Shown here: piece by piece, positions 1 to 7,884 of the stretch
How the letters are laid out: each line of letters opens with the position of its first letter
How positions within the stretch are numbered: the first letter of the stretch is position 1
Origin: Candidatus Hydrogenedentota bacterium
GTDB taxonomy: Bacteria; Hydrogenedentota; Hydrogenedentia; Hydrogenedentales; CAITNO01
DNA length: 64,000 bases
Direction: 5' to 3'
NCBI GenBank assembly: GCA_012730105.1
Contig: JAAYBJ010000003.1
Location: forward strand, 13,450-77,449
The notes under the pieces: generated by a model
What the model was told of the DNA's origin: nothing
The model's database searches: none
What the model saw: the letters and a program-made list of their open reading frames with translations, nothing else
Program-made: the position numbers and the translations under genes

Positions 1-1569
1 ATTGCCCATGCGCTGGCGCGGCAATACGACATGGAATACGCCCCGCTGGGCAAAACGCCGAGCGAAGCCGACGCGCTTTTGGCGGTTCCGGAAAGCCTGG
101 CGCTGAAACACCAGATGCTCCCCGTGCAGTTGTCCGGAAACACCCTTGTGACGCTCGTTGTCAGCCCCCAGACCCGCGAACGCCTGCAGGAGGTCGGGGT
201 ATTCCTGGCCAAGCGGATTGAAGCCCTGCTCACGGCCGCGGAAGACATTGAAGCGGAAATCAAGACCCGATACGCGGAACTGGAACGCGACCAGGCGCGG
301 GAGATCGATGCCGCTTTTCCGGACCACGGGGTGGGCAAGGCGGCCGGCGCGGAGAAGCCGGTCATCCAGGAAGGCGGGGCCGCAGGGGCGGAAGTACGGT
401 TCGAGGAGATTGCCCGGGCGGCGGCCGGCGCCTCGGTGGTGCAGATGGTGTCCATGATTATTGAAGGGGCCATCAACGCCGGCGCAACCGACATCCATAT
501 CGACCCCCAGGCTCCCGAATCACGCGTGCGGTACCGAATCGATGCCGTGCTGCATGACGTGATGAGCATCCCTGAAACGCTATACCCCGCCGTGGTGTCC
601 CGTATCAAGATCATCTCCGATTTGGACATTACCGAAACCCGCCACCCCCAGGACGGCCACATCAGCCTGGTACTGGGCGACCGGGAGGTTGACGTGCGCG
701 TGGCCACGCTTCCCACCTACCTGGGGGAGCGTGTCGTGCTGCGGCTGCTGGACCAGAGCGCAGTGCTGTCCGGGATCAAGGATTTGGGCCTCCGGGAAAA
801 AGACGAGAAGACGATGCATCGCATCATCAAGCAGCCCTACGGCATGATACTGGTAACCGGTCCCACGGGCAGCGGCAAGACCACGACGCTGTACGCGGCG
901 TTGAACCAGAAAAACGTGATGACGGAGAGCATCGTGACCCTGGAAGACCCGGTGGAATACCAGCTTTCGGGCATTAACCAGGTCCAGATAGACCCGGACA
1001 TCAACGTCACCTTCGCGAACACCCTGCGCGCGGCCATGCGCCAGGACATTGACGTGCTGCTGGTGGGCGAGATACGCGACCCGGAGACGGCCCAGATCGC
1101 CATCCGCGCCGCCATGACGGGCCACCTGGTATTCAGCACCCTGCACACCAACGACGCCGTAGAAGCGATAAGCACCCTGCGCAACATGGGGGTGCCCGCA
1201 TTCCTGATCGCGACAGCCATGACCGCCGTGATTGGACAGCGACTGGTGCGTAAGATCTGCCCGGAATGCAAGAACGGGTTCAAGCCGTCAGCCAGCCTCC
1301 TGAAATCCATTGGCATGCCGGCAACGGTGAAGCGGCTATATCGTGGAAAGGGATGCCAATCGTGCCACTTCACAGGAAACCGCGGCCGCACCGGTATTTT
1401 TGAAGTGTTTGAAATTACGCCCAAGGTGCGCAATCTGATTGAAACGGAGTCCGGCGCCGAGAAAATCGCCGCCTCGGAGCATTTCGACACCATGGCGGCC
1501 CATTGTCGAGAAAAAATTAAGGCGGGTATTGTGAACCCGGAAGAGTATTTGCGCGTTATAAGGATATGA
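1..1569 (+). CDS. Type II secretion / type IV pilus assembly ATPase, GspE/PilB family (5' end runs off window start)
   Basis: The frame is open from nt 1 (IAHALARQYDMEY...). N-terminal T2SS-E N-domain-like region; Walker A GPTGSGKTTT; C-terminal tetracysteine CPECKNG...CQSCHFTG typical of GspE/PilB. Confidence 0.9.
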   Translation: MAHALARQYDMEYAPLGKTPSEADALLAVPESLALKHQMLPVQLSGNTLVTLVVSPQTRERLQEVGVFLAKRIEALLTAAEDIEAEIKTRYAELERDQAREIDAAFPDHGVGKAAGAEKPVIQEGGAAGAEVRFEEIARAAAGASVVQMVSMIIEGAINAGATDIHIDPQAPESRVRYRIDAVLHDVMSIPETLYPAVVSRIKIISDLDITETRHPQDGHISLVLGDREVDVRVATLPTYLGERVVLRLLDQSAVLSGIKDLGLREKDEKTMHRIIKQPYGMILVTGPTGSGKTTTLYAALNQKNVMTESIVTLEDPVEYQLSGINQVQIDPDINVTFANTLRAAMRQDIDVLLVGEIRDPETAQIAIRAAMTGHLVFSTLHTNDAVEAISTLRNMGVPAFLIATAMTAVIGQRLVRKICPECKNGFKPSASLLKSIGMPATVKRLYRGKGCQSCHFTGNRGRTGIFEVFEITPKVRNLIETESGAEKIAASEHFDTMAAHCREKIKAGIVNPEEYLRVIRI

Positions 1570-1664
1570 ATTCCCCGGACAGTCTGTGCCCTATGACAGG
1601 AATTTGCCGCCGAACAGGACACAAAGGGGCTGTCCTCCATAAGGCCTTCAGCGTCCGCCATTAA

Positions 1665-1740
1665 CGATGAAAATGTAGACGCGGCATCTTGCCGCGTTGA
1701 AAGCGGCTGGAAGCCGCTTCTACAATTAGTGATTACACCA
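1665..1740. repeat. R3 double-palindrome element, copy 1 (aacGATGAAAATGTAGACGCGGC-loop-GCCGCGTTgaaAGCGGCTggaAGCCGCTTCTACAat..TGATTACA)
   Basis: About 85% identical to 18897..18976. Two perfect short palindromes (ACGCGGC/GCCGCGT and AGCGGCT/AGCCGCT) sit inside an outer TGTAGA/TCTACA stem. Contains TTGAAA-N18-TACAAT, which is promoter-like. Confidence 0.6.
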
Positions 1741-1878
1741 TGTGTAGTTATAATGAGTTAGTTAAATTTTAAGAGCGGACCCGTCTCATCCGCCGGGGCG
1801 GATTCGCTTGCGTCAGTCCCTGCATTCCAAGATTATTTTCACAACGGTAGAAACAAAACCGGCCATGGAGAAACGACC

Positions 1879-2976
1879 ATGCTGATTTCGACAACCTGTC
1901 TTATTGTATCGATTTTGGCCGCGGAGCCTATCGCGCCCACGGCACGGACCCGCTACCCCTACTGGCAGATGGTGGAAGAGGTTGTCACCCAGATCGAATC
2001 GCAACCGCCGCGCATGCAGAGCATCAACGAAGGCCTGCGCACCCCGGGACAGGAATACCCCTTTGAATCCTTCCGCCACCTGCGGACGGTCGACCTGCTT
2101 CGCGCCGCCAGGGAGGGCGTCTCTGTGGCGCGCCAGCAGGAGGCGCTCGGCAAGCCGGCCGCCGAAGTGGATCAGCAGGTGCTGCGCAACATTACCATCG
2201 CCCTGGAATATCTTCCCCTGGTCATCCGGGAAAACATCGACAACACCGAGGAGGATACCATCAAGGTGCATGCTTCGGGACAATACACGTATACGCCCAG
2301 GGAAACCGATGAAATATTTGAAATATTAATCAACAAAGATGACGACCCGGTTCTCAGAAAGTTCCTGCTCGAGCGTTCCGTGCCCGGATTTGCGCCGGAC
2401 AGCCTGTTGGCCCTGACCCTGCCGCAGTATCTCACAGCCAGGGACCAACGCCTCAGGGATGCCTTGATCACCGTGGCCTCACACCCGAGTGAGCACCCTT
2501 TCCTGCAACTCCTTGCCATAGACCTTTATATGAAATATATTCTTGATTCCTATAAAGCGATTTTTAACCGCGACCCCAAGGTCGTTGAACTTAAGGAAAC
2601 CGGCCAGCCTGTGGATTATAAAATGGCCATCGACCCGGACGCCCTTGGGTTATCCGAAGAAACACAAAAGGAATTGAAGCGGCTATCGTTCCGGCTGACC
2701 GATCTTGCGCTTGCCATCGCGGGGCACATCAGTGAAGGCAGCACACGCGATGAAGGGGTAAAAACGCGCACAAAAGCCGTCCTGGAAGAGATACGCGACA
2801 CCATCTACAACGTGGACAAGAATGTTATTTCCGAGTACCTGGCGGGCAGAGCGCCGGAACCGGAAACCGATTGGCCCGTATTGCCGACCACGGGCGTAGA
2901 ATCCCAGGGCGACCCGATGATGGACGGTTTGATAACGGTTCCGCTGCCCGAGGACGGTGGCCCCCCTGTCTTCTAG
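1879..2976 (+). CDS. Hypothetical protein (hydrophobic N-terminus, no recognisable domain)
   Basis: 365-aa ORF with GC-rich codon usage; GGAGA 8 nt upstream of the ATG; lies downstream of R3 copy 1. Confidence 0.5.
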   Translation: MLISTTCLIVSILAAEPIAPTARTRYPYWQMVEEVVTQIESQPPRMQSINEGLRTPGQEYPFESFRHLRTVDLLRAAREGVSVARQQEALGKPAAEVDQQVLRNITIALEYLPLVIRENIDNTEEDTIKVHASGQYTYTPRETDEIFEILINKDDDPVLRKFLLERSVPGFAPDSLLALTLPQYLTARDQRLRDALITVASHPSEHPFLQLLAIDLYMKYILDSYKAIFNRDPKVVELKETGQPVDYKMAIDPDALGLSEETQKELKRLSFRLTDLALAIAGHISEGSTRDEGVKTRTKAVLEEIRDTIYNVDKNVISEYLAGRAPEPETDWPVLPTTGVESQGDPMMDGLITVPLPEDGGPPVF

Positions 2977-3001
2977 GCCGGCAATCCCGACCCGAACGGC
3001 A

Positions 3002-4462
3002 CTAAGAACCGTCGGCAGAAAGGTCCGTTCCCGAACCTTTGGGAAAACGATTCCGCAACATCGCATACAGTCCGCCGAAAGCGCCATTGCTCATGATCAG
3101 GACGAGGTCATTATTCCCGACCGTTTCCGCAATGAACTCAGCGATGGGCGGCACGGCATCGAAGGCCTGTGCGGAAACCCCGGACCGGCACAGATTTTGC
3201 ACCAGTCCGGCGGTGTCCAGACGGTCCGCGTCGGGAATCGCCCCCCCACGGTGCACCGGCCCCAGGCACACCTCATCCGCCCCGGAGAAGGCCTCTTCCA
3301 GTTCTTTCTGGAAGCGGTTGGTGACGGTGGTGTTGGAGCGGGGCTCAAACACCGCGCGCAGGCGTCTTTCCGGCCAGCGCGTGCGCGCCGCGGCGATCGT
3401 TTCCCGTATGGCAGTGGGGTGGTGGGCGAAATCATCGACAAAAACCGCACCGTCCGCTTCAAGGAACACTTCCAGGCGTCTGCGCACGCCCGGGAAATCG
3501 TTTACGGCGGCCGCAATATCGGCGGCGCCCATACCCAGGGTCGCGGCCACAGCCACCGCGGCCAGGGTGTTCTGCATGTTGTGCCTGCCGAAGAGCGATG
3601 GGGTGAGTTCCCCCCACCTCGTTTCCCGGTGCCAGATTTCCAGGGTGATGACGCCGTTTGGGAAAGGTTTCATTGCGGCCCGCCAGTCGGCTCTCCTTTC
3701 CAGTCCGTAGGTCTCGACCCTGGAAAAGGCGTGCGTTTCCAGAAAAAGTGCATGGTTATCAGCGCACAGGAGCGCCAGGCCTTCTCCGGGAATCTGCCGG
3801 AGCAGGCGCTGAAAGGCGGTTTCAATTTCTCCGAGATCCTTGTATATATCCCCGTGGTCAAACTCAATGGAGGTGACAACGGCGATTTCCGGGATGTAAT
3901 GCAGGAACTTGGCGCGCTTGTCAAAGAATGCGGTGTCATATTCATCGCCCTCGATAACGAATGGCGCGCCGGGATTACCGAGCCGGGCGGAAAAGGGAAA
4001 GCCCAGGGCATCGCCGCCGATCAGGTAGCCGACACCGGGCATGCCCCTGTCAAGCACATGCGCGGTCAGGGCGGTCGTGGTGGTCTTGCCATGGGTGCCG
4101 CAAATGGCCACGGGACGCCTCTGGCGCAACACGTTTTCCTTCAGCCATTCGGGAAGGCTCAAATAGCGCAGGCGGCGGGACAACACAGCCTCCACCTCCG
4201 GATTTCCCCGGCTGAGGGCATTGCCGATGATGACGCTGTCCGGGTTCCAGTCGAGATTCGCCGCCGCGTACCCCTCCGCGACCGACACACCCAGGGCCGC
4301 AACCATGCGCGATGCCGGGGGATACAGGGGTCCGTCGCTGCCTCGCACTTCACAGCCCGCCTCAAGGGCAAGCCGCGCCCCGGCCACCATGGCGGTTCCC
4401 CCGATGCCGGCAAAATGTAGCCGTTTCCCTGGCGGAACTATTGGCTTGTCAGTAAAAGTCAT
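3002..4462 (-). CDS. mpl: UDP-N-acetylmuramate:L-alanyl-gamma-D-glutamyl-meso-diaminopimelate ligase (murein peptide ligase Mpl)
   Basis: Collinear similarity to E. coli Mpl: HFAGIGGTAM, ICGTHGKTTTT, EGDEYDTAFFDKRAKFLHY, DDFAHHPTAI, LVLIMSNGAFGG. The first ATG is at 4462; an upstream GTG at 4474 is the ORF-track start. Overlaps the 3' end of the upstream TMTC-like gene. Confidence 0.85.
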   Translation of the reverse strand: MTFTDKPIVPPGKRLHFAGIGGTAMVAGARLALEAGCEVRGSDGPLYPPASRMVAALGVSVAEGYAAANLDWNPDSVIIGNALSRGNPEVEAVLSRRLRYLSLPEWLKENVLRQRRPVAICGTHGKTTTTALTAHVLDRGMPGVGYLIGGDALGFPFSARLGNPGAPFVIEGDEYDTAFFDKRAKFLHYIPEIAVVTSIEFDHGDIYKDLGEIETAFQRLLRQIPGEGLALLCADNHALFLETHAFSRVETYGLERRADWRAAMKPFPNGVITLEIWHRETRWGELTPSLFGRHNMQNTLAAVAVAATLGMGAADIAAAVNDFPGVRRRLEVFLEADGAVFVDDFAHHPTAIRETIAAARTRWPERRLRAVFEPRSNTTVTNRFQKELEEAFSGADEVCLGPVHRGGAIPDADRLDTAGLVQNLCRSGVSAQAFDAVPPIAEFIAETVGNNDLVLIMSNGAFGGLYAMLRNRFPKGSGTDLSADGS

Positions 4463-6182
4463 TGAAAGGGTCACCTGAGAGGCTGTTTTCGATATCGGTC
4501 ATCAGTCCAGGCTCCAGCCCCAGCGCCTGCTGAAAATAGACCGTTGCCCGGCCGACTTCGCCCAGGGCCAGCATGGCCTTGCCTGTTTCACAGGCCGCAA
4601 GCGCGGCCACCTGCTTCCAGCCTTCCAGTTTGGACAGGCCGATCAGGGGGGCGTAGACGTTCACTGCCGCTTCATATTCCTGAAGGCGCATCAATACCCT
4701 GCCCAACGACATCCGCGCCTCAATTTCATCCTGCGGGGCCGCGAGGGCCCCTTCCGGGTCTTTCGCACGGTGGCGCGCCTGGATATCCAGATAACGCTCA
4801 TAATGCCGCCGGGCCCCCGCGTAATTGTTTTCCAGATCCTCGTAGGTGACGGCGAGATTGTAATGAACACGAGCGCTTTCCGGATTCTCGCGGAGTGTTG
4901 CCCGAAACAGGGTGACATTGTCCCGCCAGTCCAGGTTTCTCCGGGCGGTCATGCCGATAAAAACCAGGCAGAGTACAGCCACCGCCGTCCAGGCCAGACG
5001 CCTCGCGCGCCCGCGCCCGCAAAGAGAGTGAATCATTTCCGCCAGGGCCCACCAGAAGCCTGCCATGGGCACATACATCCAATGTTCGGCCATGGGGGCA
5101 TTCAACGGGAAAACGCCGGAAATGGGCAGCCAGGCCACCAGGAACCAGGCACAGCCCGCGGCAATGCGCTTATTACCCCGGCGCCAGTAAAACATAATGG
5201 CCCCAAGCATTACAACGAGAAACGCCACGCCCAGCAGCACGTACGCCCCGGAGACATCGTCCAGGACCCGTTCCATATGCAGGCCCGTGGGCACGAAAAG
5301 CAGTTTCAGGTAGAGCCCCAAGGCCTGGGCCGCCTCGAACAGACGTTGCGTAACAGGCGCGGCGGCAGATCCCCCCCCCTCGGAGAAACGAAGCACGGTC
5401 GCACGCAGCGCCAGGTAGACGACAAGCATAGCTCCGGCGAGGACCGCCGGCGCGGCCGTTCTGAGCCGGGAGGGCCTGTTCCCTTCATTGCCCGCCTGGT
5501 CCCGCATTACCGGCAGCATCAGGAGAAGCAGAAAGGGATAGATGAGGGTGGACTCCTTGCTCAACAGCCCCGCTGCGAAACATGCCGCGGCGGCCGACAA
5601 GGGGAACGCGGGCCTTTCAGAACGCAAGGCGCGGTATGAAAAATACAGGGCGGCGAAAATCGCCATGCCTGACATCATGTCGGCCCGCCCGCTGATGTAG
5701 GCCACCGCTTCCGTATGCAGGGGATGCACGACGAAAATCAACGGGGCCGCGAGGCGGACGAAAGCCGGGGCGGCAAGACGGTGCAGCATCAGGGCGAACA
5801 GAAGGGCCGCCGCCAGGTGCAGGAGCATGTTCGTCAAATGAAAGGGGAAAGTGGGGATTTCCGGTCCCTTGGGATTTTCTTCGGCCTCCGGCCCCGGACC
5901 GCCCGAAAGCCAATAGTCCGCCATGAAAGACACGGACACCAGTGGCCGGTAAAAATTGCCCTCTCCCCTGCCGAAAGCGTGCTGGTCCTCCCGGAACAGT
6001 TGAAAGAACTTTCCGGGGTCGCGCACATGTTTGTGGAGGAGAACAGAGGAGGCATCATCCCACACCCACTCCCCCCGGAAGGTGTTGGCGTAAGCCAAAA
6101 CACATGCGAGCGCCAACAGCAATGCCACCGTCCACAGAAAGGCATGCGAGTCAGGCCTATTGTCCGTACGTTGCGGATACAT
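4449..6182 (-). CDS. TMTC/PMT-like multi-pass membrane protein with C-terminal TPR repeats (putative glycosyltransferase family 39-like)
   Basis: The N-terminus YANTFRGEWVWDDASSV is the hallmark of TMTC/DUF1736-type mannosyltransferase-like proteins. Roughly 10 predicted TM helices are followed by TPR-like repeats. The likely start is M at 6182 (MYPQR), not the upstream 6278. Confidence 0.65.
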   Translation of the reverse strand: MYPQRTDNRPDSHAFLWTVALLLALACVLAYANTFRGEWVWDDASSVLLHKHVRDPGKFFQLFREDQHAFGRGEGNFYRPLVSVSFMADYWLSGGPGPEAEENPKGPEIPTFPFHLTNMLLHLAAALLFALMLHRLAAPAFVRLAAPLIFVVHPLHTEAVAYISGRADMMSGMAIFAALYFSYRALRSERPAFPLSAAAACFAAGLLSKESTLIYPFLLLLMLPVMRDQAGNEGNRPSRLRTAAPAVLAGAMLVVYLALRATVLRFSEGGGSAAAPVTQRLFEAAQALGLYLKLLFVPTGLHMERVLDDVSGAYVLLGVAFLVVMLGAIMFYWRRGNKRIAAGCAWFLVAWLPISGVFPLNAPMAEHWMYVPMAGFWWALAEMIHSLCGRGRARRLAWTAVAVLCLVFIGMTARRNLDWRDNVTLFRATLRENPESARVHYNLAVTYEDLENNYAGARRHYERYLDIQARHRAKDPEGALAAPQDEIEARMSLGRVLMRLQEYEAAVNVYAPLIGLSKLEGWKQVAALAACETGKAMLALGEVGRATVYFQQALGLEPGLMTDIENSLSGDPFNDFY

Positions 6183-6335
6183 GATAGCCTCACGCGAATT
6201 TATAAATAAACCAGCCGCTATTTTTCTGCATCCCGACTTGCCTTCTGTAAGGGGCCTGCAAAACCGCTTCGCACCCATCGGGCACGCACCACATTCCCTT
6301 GGACTGTTGTGAGCAAAATTATTGCCCTGGTCTGG

Positions 6336-7022
6336 TTATATTTTGCGATCCGGGCCAAGCACGTCGCGTTTCTTGGGGCCGATGCAGATCCAGGAATAAC
6401 TCAGGGGCAGGTATTCCACTTCGATGGACTGCTGGTTCCCGATAATTTTCACGAGGCGCAACACCTTGTGAAATTCCTCGCCTTCACGGACACGGTAGGC
6501 GGTCGTCACCCCATCGGTGGGATCAAAAAGATCGATAAAAACATAGAGTTCGTTGTCGAGCTCCATGAAGCCCGTCACGGTCAACACAGGCCGTTTCACC
6601 ATCAGGTCGGCATATTCCCGGGTCTTTTCAAACCGGGTATTATCCGGTTGGAACACCAAGTAGGCCCGGCACAGCGCCGACAGTTTGCGCCAGCGTTCTT
6701 CTTCCCGGGCCACCTTGATGGACTCTTCTATATCGCGGGTAACCATGCCCAGGGCGGCGCGGCCATTTTCGGTCGCGCCCAACTGCGTCTTGCGCGCCTG
6801 CAATTGGTTGAGAATATCCGGTATCAACACATCATCCTGGGCGGGAATACCAGACATCAGCATTTCCCCCATGATGCTCCGCAACTGCTGGTGGTACTCT
6901 TCAGGAGTGGGTTCGGGCGGCGGCGCCGGCTGGGGCGGCGGGGGCGGGGGTTCCGGCTTGCAGGCCGCCACAAGAAACAGCGCGAGACACAATACTACGG
7001 CAAGTGCGATTTTTCTTTTCAT
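6336..7022 (-). CDS. Lipoprotein with Pro-rich linker (hypothetical)
   Basis: MKRKIALAVVLCLALFLVAAC lipobox, followed by a PEPPPPPPQPAPPPEPTPEE linker. GGAAGAA RBS upstream of the ATG at 7022. The 5' extension to 7355 in the ORF track is unlikely to be real. Confidence 0.6.
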   Translation of the reverse strand: MKRKIALAVVLCLALFLVAACKPEPPPPPPQPAPPPEPTPEEYHQQLRSIMGEMLMSGIPAQDDVLIPDILNQLQARKTQLGATENGRAALGMVTRDIEESIKVAREEERWRKLSALCRAYLVFQPDNTRFEKTREYADLMVKRPVLTVTGFMELDNELYVFIDLFDPTDGVTTAYRVREGEEFHKVLRLVKIIGNQQSIEVEYLPLSYSWICIGPKKRDVLGPDRKI

Positions 7023-7245
7023 GGTTTCTTCCTTCTTGAAAGTACCGGCACAGTGTACCATATTCCTCCGCCGGGCACAAAAGCAAGACGCAAAGCTGAC
7101 GCAAAGCAAGACGCAATACCCGGGTCGCCGGACAAAATATTCTGTATCTGATGAACGCCGGCGATCAAGGCGTCTACCTGGACAGCGCTCGTGCATAGGA
7201 CAAAGGGGAGAGTAAGGTCCTGGTTCATTTGCGCTATTCCCAAAA

Positions 7246-7483
7246 CAACGCGTCATTCCGGTTTTTCGCGATGAAGAAGGGATCCGTATCGAAGGGTGTG
7301 GCCAGGCCGCGAAAAGACCGGAATCTATCATAAAAGCCATCAGCAGGAATAACATAGACTGCTGACCTACGAGACGAAGATTCTCTCCTTAAGTGACTTA
7401 ATCTGGATTCCGGTCTTTTTCGCGTTATCCGGCGGCGTTCTTTGATACAAGGCACAGGTCGCGAAAAAACCGGAATGACGTTT
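7246..7483. mobile_element. R1 MITE-like element, copy 1 (~240 bp, terminal inverted repeats CGTCATTCCGGTTTTTCGCG, two internal hairpin units)
   Basis: The left unit (7246-7330) and right unit (7400-7483) are reverse complements of each other. A near-identical element lies at 16535..16777. Confidence 0.55.
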
Positions 7484-7625
7484 GTTGAGGTTCTTTTAAA
7501 CTAAAAATGAAGTTCTTTAATACGGGGCTTGTTCCCGCTCTTTCCTTATTTCACCCTGTCGGTGCGGTCCGGATGTTCAGATGGATCTCTTCCCCCCCCA
7601 TTACGTTGATTCCATTTGCCAACAA

Positions 7626-7750
7626 GATTTCATCCTAAAAACGGCTGTTAACGCAGGGAAAACCTCTTAAAAGAAAGGACCCAAAGGACCAAAAAGACTT
7701 AAAGGAAACACTATGCAGGAAAGCGTTTTACAGTCCTTTTTTTTCTCTGG
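7626..7750. repeat. R2 palindromic repeat, copy a (TCATCCTAAAAACGGCTGTTAACGC...AAAGGACCCAAAGGAC...GTCCTTTTTT)
   Basis: Shares about 50 bp of near-identity, in reverse orientation, with 16925..17045 and 23886..24003. A partial end copy lies at 16381..16405. Confidence 0.5.
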
Positions 7751-7825
7751 TTTAAATAACACTCCTGAGTCTGACTGCCGTTTTTTGGGGAACACAGGTT
7801 ATCTGACACTAGGGGGCCAGAGGCA

Positions 7826-7864
7826 GTAAAACGGCGGCGCCGTTAGATACTCCGGCGCCGCCGT
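7826..7864 (-). terminator. Rho-independent terminator-like hairpin downstream of the 7885..10008 gene
   Basis: Perfect 10-bp stem GGCGGCGCCG/CGGCGCCGCC with a 10-nt loop, followed on the minus strand by GUUUUACUG. Confidence 0.5.
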
Positions 7865-7884
7865 AAAAAGCGAATCAGTGTTGT

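Noticed and set aside
2957-4420. 487-aa ORF antisense to mpl. Similar long antisense ORFs run opposite the giant adhesin genes (10445..11596, 11852..12571, 12629..13774), opposite the TMTC-like gene (4770..5639), and opposite the kinase gene (20048..20890).
   Set aside because: High-GC genomes generate long stop-free antisense frames. These have Arg/Gly/His-rich low-complexity composition, no RBS, and lie entirely inside well-supported genes.
7234-7455. Small ORFs inside the repeat elements (7234..7455 on the minus strand; 16497..16922 on the plus strand).
   Set aside because: They sit entirely within the R1/R2 inverted-repeat elements, lack RBSs, and differ between copies in frame, so they are most likely non-coding.
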